Made by a program: the position numbers and the translations under genes. Of a stretch of DNA of 64,000 bases, positions 1-23,262 are shown piece by piece. How positions within the stretch are numbered: position 1 is the first letter of the stretch; each line of letters begins with the position of its first letter. The DNA is from Eledone cirrhosa (Eukaryota), in assembly GCA_964016885.1 (NCBI GenBank), contig OZ024743.1, forward strand, positions 339,140,001 through 339,204,000, in the 5' to 3' direction. Below the pieces are notes generated by a model. The model was not told the origin of the DNA and made no database searches. It worked only from the letters and a program-made list of their open reading frames with translations.

Positions 1-476
1 TGTGTGTGTGATTTCACACATACACGCATCTGGTCGTTAGGGCCTACAAAGTTCTGGTCTAGAATAATGGTGTCAGCGCACCTGTGATTTGATATACAAT
101 CGACAACAATCGGATACGTACAATACCTAACATTAACTTACACTTTCGATATATTCATATATAACACAGCCATTATATAACACAAATGGAAACTCAGGAA
201 ATTAGAAATGAAAAACCTTTGAAAAGCTGTTTTAAGCGAAATTGGTCAAGTATAAAAACTATTCTTTTTTATATGAATAAAATGTGTTTCATTATACACA
301 GAACATGTATGTATAATATATAACATATTCGTTACTTTTTTTCAAATCTTTATTATCCTCCTCCTCCACCATATATATACACACGCACGCCCCCCCCCCC
401 CCCCGCCCACCCCCCACACACACATGAAACGCATGCAGTGCATGCGTTATAGAATCTTGAGTTGATCAATTGAGTT

Positions 477-642
477 GGTTGAAGCAAGCAGAATTTTGGC
501 TGCTTACTAAATCGTAGACACATAAAAAGATAAAACACACACACACACAAACACACGACAGCGTCGGTTGAAGCAAGCAGAATTTTGGCTGCTTACTAAA
601 TCGTAGACATATAAAAAGATAACACACACATACACACACACA
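477..642. repeat. Direct tandem duplication (period ~89 bp)
   Basis: ggttgaagcaagcagaattttggctgcttactaaatcgtagaca...aaaaagataa plus a CA tract occurs at 477 and again at 566. Confidence 0.9.
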
Positions 643-924
643 CTAGATAACACTACATGCGGCTTTCACCAGGAGGATCATTTAAAGGGAAGTAAGGCTG
701 CACAGTCCCACTTTCCGCCATGGCGATTGGACTGCATGCCCTGCTTTCCAGGTTACCCTTCGCCACTGATATACATACATACATATACATATTAGTAATA
801 AGAATATTTATATTTATATATGTTTGATATAACTATAAATATGTAGGGTAGTACTAAGTACTAGCCGGTTACCGGTATGACAAAAGGCTCAATGCAAATT
901 TTCAAGTGTTTTACAGAGCCGAGA

Positions 925-1047
925 TACAAAGTGTTAAAATGATCAAATTTCAGTTTAGAACATTTATTTGCTGACAATTGTTTCTTCCAGAGGGAAGTCT
1001 GGAATCATCGGAGCATAAGGAATGTCAAAACATGTAACTAAAATCCT
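925..1047 (-). repeat. Inverted copy of PLE 3' pseudo-LTR segment (partner 3703-3824)
   Basis: tacaaagtgttaaaatgatcaaatttcagtttagaacatttatttgctgac...aaaatcct is the reverse complement of aggattttag...ttttaacactttgta, with about 3 mismatches. Confidence 0.95.
969..1015 (-). ncRNA. Minimal type I hammerhead ribozyme motif (U4C variant)
   Basis: Minus strand reads UGCU-CCGAUGA-UUCCAG(ACUUCCCU)CUGGAA-GAAA-C(AAUU)G-UC-AGCA; identical to 3735-3781. Confidence 0.75.
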
Positions 1048-2040
1048 TGCGGCCAGGAAAACAATAATTAAACTTGAAGACCAACTATGGACCCGCAAGA
1101 ATACACCCAACAACTTCGATATCACCATGGGATCTAGCGAGTCGGCACAGGTAACCGACTTAGTCGGTCTATTTCTCTTAAACGAAATACGCAAGAACCT
1201 ATCTTACCTCAACGGTGGCCCCTACCGAGACGACGCACTTTCCCCTTAGACTATAAAAAGTTCAATATAGAAAGAACTAGAAAACAATTACATGAAATAT
1301 TTAAAAACTATAACTTAGGTATCACTTTAGATAAAAACACCAAACATTTTAACTTCCTGGACGTCACTCTCTACTTAGACTCTAAAAAATACACACCTTA
1401 TCATAAACCTAATAAAAAACTTTTCTATGTTAATACCAACTCTAACCACCCTAAATCTGTATTGACCTCAATCATTAAAGGGGTATTTAATAGAATCTCT
1501 AGCCTTTTTTACAACGAGAATACATTTAATCGTAACTCCCAATACTATAATGAAGCCTTAGCCCTTTCCGGCCATAGAGATAAAATTAAATTTCAACCAC
1601 CCATAGACAACCTAATATAATTTCACACAACATGGCCATGAATAAAAGTAAATATGATCATAGTATTGAAAATCCTGACTCCTATACAAAGGGCACCATA
1701 AAAAAGAAAATCACGCCACAGCAATAATCCTAAGAAACACCATAGAAAGAAAAATATAGATAAGAAGGAACCTAACACCACACTAAACAGTAGTATGAAT
1801 AACAACCATAAGAAGAATAGAAGAAGAAGTAGCACATTTTTTAACCCTCCGTTCAACTTAAATGTATCAACAAACATACCTAAAGCTTTCTTCTCTACTC
1901 TAGACAAAAACTTCCCAACTAACCATAAATACCACAACCTATTTAACAAAAACACAATTAAAATATACTACACCACCATACCTAACATAGCAGACCATAT
2001 AGCCAGCACCAACAAGATAAAGATTAAAAAGTACTTCAAA
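1048..2040 (+). pseudogene. Penelope-like reverse transcriptase remnant (RT motifs 4-7, thumb, linker), possibly Naiad-type
   Basis: Translated pieces: FDITMGSSESAQVTDLVGLFLL...GGPYRDDAL; NFLDVTL...YTPYHKPN...YVNTNSNHPKSV...NRISSL...YNEALALSGH; FFNPPFNLNVSTNIPKAFFSTLDKNFPTNHKYHNLFNKNTIKIYY. Broken by stops and frameshifts. Confidence 0.88.
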
Positions 2041-2045
2041 TTATT

Positions 2046-2627
2046 GGTTATCCGGACCACTGTGATACCATTTACACCGACACATCACCCGTCTTTTTCC
2101 ATTCAAATTAGAAGTTATAAACTTAGCGACTGTAATGTCAAGTAAGAATATTTTCGAAACAGCGAGTGTATTTGAAATTATTAGAAATGTAAGCTATCTT
2201 CCATGTACGTCAATACTTATCTTTTTCCATTTTTCCGAAGGTTCTTAACCCCACTATCAGGCTAAATAATTTCTTTAATTTCTTTAGTCAAAATACGGCG
2301 ATAGCTTACATTTCTAATAATTTCAAACCCACTCGCTGTTTCGAAAATATTCTTACTTGACATTACAGTCGCTAAGTTTATAGCTTCTAATTTGAATGGA
2401 AAAAGACGGGTGATGTGTTGGTGTAAATGATAGCACAGTGGTCCGGATAACCAAAGATGTGGGTTCGACTCCCATGTACGTCAATACTCATCTTTTTACA
2501 TTTCTCCGAGAGTTCTTAACCCCACTATCAGGTTAAATAATTTCTTTAATTTCTTTAGTCAAAATACCACGATAGCTTACATTTCTAATAATTTCAAACC
2601 CACTCGCTGTTTCGAAAATACTCTTAC

Positions 2628-2628
<1 letters not shown>
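2046..2628. repeat. ~271-bp tRNA-like unit: 1.6 direct copies (2201-2471, 2472-2628) plus an inverted partial copy (2046-2198)
   Basis: ccatgtacgtcaatact... begins at 2201 and 2472; 2046-2198 is the reverse complement of 2300-2452. Confidence 0.9.
2412..2483 (+). tRNA. tRNA-like sequence / tRNA pseudogene (isotype unassignable) or SINE head
   Basis: 72-nt cloverleaf: acceptor GATGTGT/GTACGTC, D arm GTGT/GCAC, anticodon arm TGGT/ACCA with non-canonical loop CCGGATA, T arm GTGGG-TTCGACT-CCCAT. A box TGGTGTAAATGA, B box GGTTCGACTCC, TTTTT at 2493-2497. Confidence 0.7.
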
Positions 2629-2672
<44 letters not shown>

Positions 2673-2770
2673 ATGTATATACATATGTGCGTGTGTGTAT
2701 ATATGTATATATATATATATATGCATTCTCACACATATGTATATACCTTATATTATATATACATATACTA
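2629..2770. repeat. (TA)n/(TG)n microsatellite
   Basis: Direct inspection. Confidence 0.95.
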
Positions 2771-3734
2771 ATTATGTAAAAACTATCTAGTTATAATAAA
2801 ATATATAAAAAACTGTTTTTAACCCCCTTCACACAAGTTTAAAAGATAACAATTATATAACCAATAATATTTTATATTTTATATACTCTATAAAGATTAA
2901 TTTATAACACTACCACAAGATTAAAACAACCCTTAATTTATCAACAACCTTAATTACCTCCCTTTGTTATTAACCCCCTTTACAACTTCCTGTGTAAACT
3001 TATAACACTAAGCAGCATAACGGTTTACCAACAGCTTAATAACGGTTAATACAAACCCTATAAAAAATAATTTGTAGATAAAAAATGCATAAAATAATAT
3101 ACCTAAAATAACATGGCCAGTAATTCGGTGGAATTTACATTTAACAAACAAACACCTATTGATTATAAACGTCTCAAAATAATCCCATGGTTAGTAGCTG
3201 TGAGTAACAAACAACACATACACATAAATACGAGCTACAACACAAAAACACTTAAATGAAAATCACATACCCAACTCTATCACGTGCTTTTCATTACACC
3301 TTACATAACAAATACCTACATTATCACCACATGCCTCTCTAACAAATTGCACACTATCTTAAACATTTATAACAATTATAACATGCTTTAACACCCCCAC
3401 ACAAAATATGTTTATTTCAACTGCATTATAACTCTTTCCTCATTCATGCCTTATTGACTGTATTGACTCCTGCATTGTACACCAATTTTCCTTGCTTATA
3501 ACTTTTTTACCTGTTTTTTTTTGCTTGTGATTTTTTTTGCTTGTGTTTTTGGCTTGTGCTTTTTACTTATACCTATTACACTTCCAACCAGTGCTGCCTG
3601 TAATTGTGTTCTTTCTAGCAGAACATTTTTTAAACTCCTGACTCTCCACGTGATGCCTTTGACACTAATAACAATTATGTAGCCTAAATGTTCTAAATGA
3701 CTAGGATTTTAGTTACATGTTTTGACATTCCTTA

Positions 3735-3781
3735 TGCTCCGATGATTCCAGACTTCCCTCTGGAAGAAACAATTGTCAGCA
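3735..3781 (+). ncRNA. Minimal type I hammerhead ribozyme motif (U4C variant) in PLE 3' pseudo-LTR
   Basis: Stem I tgct/agca, core CCGATGA, stem II ttccag/ctggaa, GAAA, 2-bp stem III with palindromic AATT loop, GTC cleavage triplet at 3775-3777. Confidence 0.78.
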
Positions 3782-3822
3782 AATAAATGTTCTAAACTAA
3801 AATTTGATTGTTTTAACACTTT

Positions 3823-5201
<1,379 letters not shown>

Positions 5202-5302
5202 TGAAGGCGGCTGACCGGACTAAAAACTGCTAAATGTTTGGCCGGCTTCTTGTCGCTTTACCTTTTCAATCCCATAGATTATATTACTTTGTTAAATTTC
5301 GA

Positions 5303-5360
5303 ATACCTGATGATGTCACCGGATTCATACTGAACCCGGTCATTGAAATGTTCATAGTAT
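5303..5360 (+). ncRNA. Type I hammerhead ribozyme motif, slightly degenerate
   Basis: atac-CTGATGA-tgtcaccggattcatactgaacccggtca-tt-GAAA-tgttca-TA-gtat: stem I atac/gtat, stem II accgg/ccggt plus ttca/tgaa. Confidence 0.65.
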
Positions 5361-5619
5361 CATAAACCTTTAAGGAATTACACCAGTTCAGCCTCCTGTT
5401 ATTTTATAATATATATATATATAACGGCGATGAATTGGTTTTGCGAGGTTTTTGATATGAAATCGTGTGTCGAAACAAATATTGTTATACTTGGGGAGGG
5501 TCATAATTGTGTAATAATATTGCCAGAATTAATAACAGAACACACTCACTGTTTGGTTGGTTTTCGTTTCTGTGTCTTTTATATCGGTTAATTTAATTTA
5601 TTTAATTTTATTAAAAAAA

Positions 5620-5658
5620 ATAATAATAATAATAAATAAATAAATAAATAAATAAATA
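5620..5658. repeat. (TAA)n/(TAAA)n microsatellite
   Basis: Direct inspection. Confidence 0.9.
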
Positions 5659-5860
5659 CATACACAAGCACATTAACAACAAACACATATAAACACACGC
5701 TAGTAAACTAAGATAGAATACAATAACCAATACACAGTCACCCAAACACTATACACACACGCAAACGCATGCGCAGAGATACACAAAAATAAATAAATAA
5801 ATAAACAGACTAAATAAAGATGGCGTATGCATACAATACAACAGGAGGAAACATAATAGC

Positions 5861-5900
5861 ACCACTGACGATGTTGCAGATGTGCAACGAAAGAACTTTG
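5861..5900 (+). ncRNA. Degenerate hammerhead core
   Basis: CTGACGA (5865-5871), t, stem II gttgca(gatg)tgcaac, GAAA (5889-5892); stems I and III are poorly preserved. Confidence 0.4.
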
Positions 5901-6608
5901 TTAGACTATATATATATGTGTTTGTGTCTATATTATATCTGTATTTTTGACCGTTGGTCAGTCAATGGTAACATTGAGGACCGAATAAATTAAATTCTAT
6001 ACAGCAGATTCTAAGGATAGTGTATAGAAGGTCGAAAAAAGTGTACTGGAGAAGGGGAGAGGGAGTTGAAAGAATAGGTAAATCGAAAGGGAGTAAACAA
6101 AAAAAAAACATTCTAGAAATAAGGAAATAAATATATAAAAAAAAAACAAATAAAAAAAAACAATTCTTGTTACTGCTCCATCACATCTCTCATTGGTATT
6201 GCACTATCCTTAAAATCTGCTGTATAGATTCCACTTTCAACGCTTGACTGGGTTTCCCCCACTCCCTCTTTGTTCTACCGGCAAGTTCAGCCACCCCTAC
6301 CTCCCACCAAATGCCATGATAGAATCATCTGTCTTTACAATAAATTTTTGACCAATTCTTTTGACAATTACTATCTTCCCATATAAGGAATTACCCCCTG
6401 AGAAGTTCGGCTATTTATTTACCAGGCTAAAAAATTCTTATTTAGTCCAGAATTAGCCGTCGAAACGGCTTGAGGTCTGCCGTCGGGGTCATACTTCTTC
6501 CTATTACAGATGGACCATAACGCACCAAAGTACTCAATACTTAGGGTAGTAGAGTGGGAAATAGGAAAAAGTACGGGGACATACTTTTTCCTATATATAT
6601 ACACACGC

Positions 6609-6656
<48 letters not shown>

Positions 6657-6687
6657 AGATCAAAAGATGGTTAAAGGAGTTCCATGT

Positions 6688-6756
6688 ATTTTATTATGCG
6701 CATTTCAAAAACAAACATCATCATGCAATAATATTTGTGTTTTCATCAGATAAAAC
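6688..6756 (-). ncRNA. Canonical minimal type I hammerhead ribozyme
   Basis: Minus strand: GUUUUAU-CUGAUGA-AAACACAAAUAUUAUU(GCAU)GAUGAUGUUUGUUUUU-GAAA-U(GCGC)A-UA/AUAAAAU. All core nucleotides are present; 7-bp stem I, long stem II, palindromic loop 3. Confidence 0.88.
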
Positions 6757-6862
6757 AGGAGAACATGATATGAAGGCTAAAAAACACTTGTGGATAGTGC
6801 AGTTTTAAATCAACATATATATTTATATATATATGTGTGTGTGCATGAGTGTGCGTATGTGC

Positions 6863-6913
<51 letters not shown>

Positions 6914-6972
6914 ATATTAATTGTTTCTACTATTGGCACAAGGCCAGCAATTACCCAGTATATTACTGGTAC

Positions 6973-7206
6973 TTAATAAATGGAAACTATATTTATAAAA
7001 CCATAAGTATTTTATTATATATATTTCAAGGGCAACCAGGGAACTTCAACCGTTGAGGTTGTCTTTTTTCCGGATATGTCAATATTTATTTATAAAACAA
7101 ATCTGTATTTTATCTGAAAAAAGCGCACCATAATTTGCCTTGGTAGCTCTTGAAATATATATAATAAAATAATTATGGTTTTATAAATATAGTTTCCATT
7201 TATTAA
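6973..7206. repeat. Inverted repeat (arms ~6973-7041 and ~7138-7206), probable PLE inverted pseudo-LTR remnant
   Basis: ttaataaatggaaactatatttataaaaccataagtattttattatatatatttcaag versus cttgaaatatatataataaaataattatggttttataaatatagtttccatttattaa. Confidence 0.9.
7106..7171 (+). ncRNA. Minimal type I hammerhead motif (G8A, probably inactive)
   Basis: tattttat-CTGAAAA-aagcgcacca...tggtagctctt-GAAA-t(atat)a-TA-ataaaata; 8-bp stem I; same stem I/III type as 6688-6756. Confidence 0.65.
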
Positions 7207-7285
7207 TATATTGAATATTTACTCCACTAATTTGTTGAGTGCTTTATATCAGGTATAAAATGTTTCAGCTTGTTGTATCCCAACA

Positions 7286-7301
7286 AATTAAATATAACCT
7301 C

Positions 7302-7375
<74 letters not shown>

Positions 7376-7382
7376 GATAGCT

Positions 7383-7431
<49 letters not shown>

Positions 7432-7470
7432 CTACTATTACTACCGCCCCTCCCACCACCTCCCCCCACA

Positions 7471-7520
<50 letters not shown>
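7286..7520. repeat. (TA)n, (CA)n and (CTA)n/(CCA)n microsatellites
   Basis: Direct inspection. Confidence 0.93.
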
Positions 7521-7522
<2 letters not shown>

Positions 7523-7757
7523 GACTTGTAGCTACACTGTCTATCACGCTGTCACATGTTAAAAGGAGTTTCTTTAAATTTAACTTATTGTTTTCTTCTG
7601 CTGTCGTTCAGTGTGGAAGTTTTAACATTCATCCCCATACATTCCATACCACCTCCATATTGAGACGGGAGCAGGAATTAAACCGGTAGGTGTTTCCTTC
7701 ACATCTCCATGTATATATATATACACACACATTATGTATATTTATATATATATACAC

Positions 7758-7801
<44 letters not shown>

Positions 7802-7846
7802 GGGATACTGTTGGTCTTTGCTACAATGTTTTCTCTACCTTTCATT

Positions 7847-7878
<32 letters not shown>

Positions 7879-7910
7879 TACATAATATATATATACACAT
7901 ACATAATATA

Positions 7911-8016
7911 CATATCATCATCATAGTTTAACGTCCATCTTCCACGCTTGCATGGGTTTCACGGGAATTTTCCCACTTGAGGCAAGATTGGTTGACTTGC
8001 TCGTATAGGACTGTCT
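7911..8016 (-). mobile_element. ~105-bp 3'-terminal fragment of an RTE LINE or RTE-tailed SINE
   Basis: atcatcatcatagtttaacgtccatcttccacgcttgcatgggttt...cccacttgaggcaaga...cttgctcgtataggactgtct aligns with 22870-22979, the 3' end of the RTE in this window. Confidence 0.88.
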
Positions 8017-17579
<9,563 letters not shown>

Positions 17580-17779
17580 NNNNNNNNNNNNNNNNNNNNN
17601 NNNNNNNNNNNNNNNNNNNNNNNNNNNNNNNNNNNNNNNNNNNNNNNNNNNNNNNNNNNNNNNNNNNNNNNNNNNNNNNNNNNNNNNNNNNNNNNNNNNN
17701 NNNNNNNNNNNNNNNNNNNNNNNNNNNNNNNNNNNNNNNNNNNNNNNNNNNNNNNNNNNNNNNNNNNNNNNNNNNNNNN
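17580..17779. other. Assembly gap (200 N)
   Basis: Run of exactly 200 N; a round size implies a scaffolding placeholder of unknown true length. Confidence 0.99.
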
Positions 17780-17888
17780 ATATAGATATATATAGATATA
17801 TATATATATATAGATATAGATATATAGATATATATATATAGATATATATATATAGATATAGATATAGATATATATAGATAGATAGATA
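17780..17888. repeat. (TA)n/(GATA)n microsatellite, 3' flank of the Tx1 element
   Basis: Direct inspection. Confidence 0.95.
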
Positions 17889-20800
17889 TGTTTCTTTTAT
17901 TTGCCACTAGGGCATCAAAAGTGGGACAAGTACAAAGGGGGGAGTTTACACAAAAAGGCGTCCTCAATAAGGAGGAGGCAATAACAAAATATAAAAATAA
18001 AATAAGATATAACAAAAAATGAAATTTTTAACAAAATCCTCAATAGAGAGGAGGCGCCTTGGGGGGTCGCACACACCCCCGAAAAAAGTGTGCAACCCTT
18101 CTCCTCAGGAGCACAGAGAAGGGGTGCTCCCTTGGTCTTTCATCTTCCTCACCTATAGTCTGATGTAGAGTGAAGGCCCATTCACACGGGCCATTCTCGC
18201 CACTTTCACCCATCTTTCATAGAAACGGCTGGGGTGCAGCACCTCTCTCTCCATCCTGATCCTTCTTCCGAAATGATATCGGAAGAAACGGACCAGTTGT
18301 TGGCCAGAGAGAAAGGTGCCTGACCTCAGTCCTTTCAGACGCGTCCACCATACAACCTCTTTCGCCATGGCTATTACGCACAGAAACACCGCCTCTGCTT
18401 CATCTTTGAAGGGGGGAGGCGGCTTGATCATTACAATAGACTCGGTGGTCAACCGGATCGGTCCCACCCTTGACAGCAGTTGTTCGACATAGCCCCACAG
18501 ATCGGCTACGCCCGAGCAGTGTACCAATGCGTGTGCAACGGTTTCCTCGTCGCACACGCATCTGGGACAGATCTTTTTGGCGGGGTCCCTACCCGGGCGC
18601 CCGTGTCTGTAGAGCCTTTCTCGAACGGGTAAAGCCCCTCGGTAGCACTGCCAGGCCAGGGACTTCTGGAAGTTGTCCATAGGTCCCGGGCTGAATGTCC
18701 TACCGAACAGGCTGGCCAGTTCGTCCTCCTCCATGTCTAGGGCTTCTCTGAGGGCGTCGTCGCACCTGCTGCCTACCAGCCCTCTATAGAATGTTGCGGT
18801 GGAGTCTCCACTGATAACCGGATCCGCCTGCCAGAGGGCGGTGAGCGCCTGGGCACACTCAGTGTGCCAGGCGCCCAGTTTTCTCGGTCTTTGCTTGACC
18901 CAGGATTGCAGCTCGGTGAGTGAGACGAGTCTGGTAAAGGTTCGTCTTACAAACGAGGCCCACACCGGTTGTCCGGTGAGGAATACGTAGAGGTGCCGTA
19001 GCCTTAATGCGTGTTTACGCATCATTAGCCACGGCATCCTCAGCCCTCCTTTCGAAGGGTGTTGACAGCAGATGGATCTCCTCACCATAGGAGCCCGCCT
19101 CTTCCAAAGGAATTGGAAGAGCGCGCGCTCCATCTTGGTGAGGGTTTCCCTTGGGCAGGGCACTACGGTCAGGCTGTAGTAGATGACGGACGCTATGTAG
19201 GTGTTCGCCACCTCCGCCCGACCTTTCAGGGATAGTTTGCAACTGGCCCACTTCTGGGTCAGTGCAAACACCCTGTTCGTAACCTCCGCCCAATTTTTCT
19301 CCACCTGGAGGTCCGGTCCGAACCAGACCCCGAGCAACTTCACCGGGCCCTCCGTCCAGCGTCCGACGACGCCATCGGAGGGCATCGGTCTGCCCCTCCA
19401 CGTGCCGAGTTGCAAACCGATCGACTTGTCCCGGTTCAGCTTAGCCCCTGTGAACTTTTCGTACTCCTCCAGTAAGGTGCCGACCGCCTCGATTTCGGAG
19501 GCCGTCGACACCATTACTGTCACGTCATCGGCGTAGGCCGACACCGCTTTCCGCAATCCCGGTTCCAAAGGGATGCCCTGCAACAACTCCAACTTCCGCA
19601 GTAGTGGCTCTAGAGTCAACACATACAGAAGGGAGGTGAGAGGGCACCCTTGTCGGATGGACCGCGCGATTTTGAACGGCTCCGAGAGGTAGCCGTTCAC
19701 CTTGACCCTAGAGCAGATGCGGCTGCTGTGCATAGCAGTGATCCAGCCCCTGAAAACGGGTCCGAAGCCTGCCGCCGCTAGCACCGCATCCAGGTAACCA
19801 TGGTCGACCCTATCGAACGCCTTAGATTGATCCAAGTTGATCAGAGCCCCACCAAAGCCGGGTTCGTTCCCAACCCTCTCTATGATGTATCGCATGAGGT
19901 GGAGGTTGTCATGGATGGACCTGGACGGGATAGCGCATGTCTGCGCATCTCCCACCAGGTTGCCCACGACAAGCGCCAACCTCTTTGCTAGCACCTTGGC
20001 CAAAATCTGTAACTCTGTATTTAGCAGTGTTATGGGCCTGAAGTTACTTATTTCGTCCCCCTTGTTCTCGTCCTTCCTCACTAGCGTGACTACGCCCTTG
20101 GTCACAGTACAGGGAATTCTCCCGTTCTGTTGCCAGTTGCAGTAGACCACCTCGAGGAGATCGGGGAACAAGTCCGGCATAGCTAGATATAATTCGTAAG
20201 GAAGACCATCGAGACCCGGGGATTTGCGTTTGCCGCATTGGCTCAGCACGTCCTCTATCTCAGCGGCCGAAATCGGCTCCTCGCAGGACTTCGCCTCCCT
20301 GTCCGAGAGGCGCGGCAGGCCGTCGAGGTATGGACCGAAGTCCACGTTCCCAACCGGCTCCCCGCCCCTCCCGAACAGTCGGGCAAAGTGCCTTTGAAAG
20401 GCCTCACACATCTGCTTAGGCTCAAGAATCGCTCGTCCATCCAGGTCTCGCAAAGACCGGATGGTGGATTTAGTTCCACTGTTGGCCTCTGTCACGCGGG
20501 CCCAGCTAACAGCTTTGGTCCCCTCGTTCCCTAGAGCACGTATTTTACTTCGGACAACGCAGCCTTCGTGCTTCGCGTCGAAAAACTGGCTCAAAGCCGT
20601 TCTCGACGCTAGCACTCTGGCCACGTCGCCGCTTCTAATTGCCTCTTCTACTCTATCTATTAGCTCCCTTTCCTTCCTATTCCTATCCGCAGCTAGAACC
20701 TTACTAAATTCTATCGAGACTACTCTAATCTCTCTCTTTAGAGATACCCACCACCTGCTGTTGACGATCGCTCCAGTCAACCGTTCCTTAACTAACGTAC

Positions 20801-21303
20801 TAATCCGATTCCTGTAGGCTCTACTTGCCGGCAAGGACAAGTTGAGCTTCCAGTAACCGGGGCCCTGTCTATGAGTTCTGTCAAGGTTGACCATGCAGGT
20901 CACTAATTTGTGGTCTGAATAGCCAACCATGCGCATTTTTGGACAACTTAAAAAGTCCTTATCCTTAATTCTAACTAAGAACCTATCTAGGTACGACCTA
21001 GATGATCCGCTACGATTTGCCCAAGTCCAGGTTGGCGCAGTCGGAAAATCTAGTCGATATCTATCGGCCAGGTCAAATCGACCGATTAACCCTTTGAGGC
21101 TATTACACCCCTCTCTATCGGGGCAGGCCCCTACGTAGTCCCAGCGTGCATCTAGGATACCATTCCAGTCCCCCACTAATAGCAAGGAGCGGGACGTCCC
21201 TAGAAAAGTCTCCAGACGATGGAAGAAGTCCGGCCGCATTGACCCGAAAGGGCCGTAGGCGGCTACCAACCTAAACGCTCCGCCTTTACCACTGCCAAGG
21301 TCC
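17889..21303 (-). mobile_element. 5'-truncated non-LTR retrotransposon, L1/Tx1 clade
   Basis: ORF2 with partial APE, RT and CCHC finger; ~260-bp 3' UTR ending in AATAAAAGAAACA; atatagatagatagata flanks both sides (17872-17888, 21304-21320). Confidence 0.93.

Positions 21304-21305
<2 letters not shown>
18153..21305 (-). CDS. Tx1-like ORF2 (N-terminally truncated APE endonuclease, RT, zf-RVT), ~1050 uninterrupted codons
   Basis: EN: [42 protein letters not shown]: [49 protein letters not shown]. Finger: CPRC-x8-H-x4-C. The ORF-track N-terminus (21306-21719) is microsatellite. Confidence 0.92.
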
Positions 21306-22869
<1,564 letters not shown>

Positions 22870-23262
22870 ATCATCATCATCATCAACGTTTAACGTCCGT
22901 GTTCCACGCTTGCATGGGTTTGGACGGGGGTAGTCCCACTTGAGGCAAGAGTGATTGTCTTGCTCGCATAGGACTGTCTGGCAGGTTTTCTACAGTTGGA
23001 TGCCCTTCCTAACACCAACCACATTTACAGTGTGGGTCTGGGAGGTTTTTACCGTGTTGCCTACACGGCCACATTACAGCGTGGACTGTGTGTTTTTTTG
23101 TCGTGACACCTACACGATCTCATTTGTTTCGGCCTCGATGGCGCGGCACCAACATAACTTTACATAGAACGGGGTGGTGTGGATCGGGTGGGGGTGGTGG
23201 TGGTGGGACGGGGTGTATTTTGTTAGAGATGCCTACTGGCTGGAGTAGGTTTTACTATATAT

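Noticed and set aside
428-448. Palindrome aacgcatgcagtgcatgcgtt
   Set aside because: Short purine-pyrimidine alternation next to CA repeats; expected in this context.
660-770. GC-richer island with a cagtcc/ggactg stem and a cgccatggcg palindrome
   Set aside because: No recognisable RNA family or promoter boxes; likely an old repeat fragment.
5420-5500. cgaaacaaatattgtt, resembling a hammerhead stem III
   Set aside because: No CUGANGA core or stem I partner upstream.
6180-6590. Minus-strand GNSLYGK, resembling a family B polymerase motif
   Set aside because: Isolated 7-mer in a short frame with no other PolB motifs; probably chance in a decayed repeat.
17580-17779. Functional linkage between the left PLE region and the right LINE/satellite region
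   Set aside because: Separated by a placeholder gap of unknown size; adjacency is not established.
23171-23215. G-quadruplex-like tracts here and at 26312-26350
   Set aside because: They lie on the antisense strand of the RTE and reflect C-rich UTR or Pro codons; no independent support.
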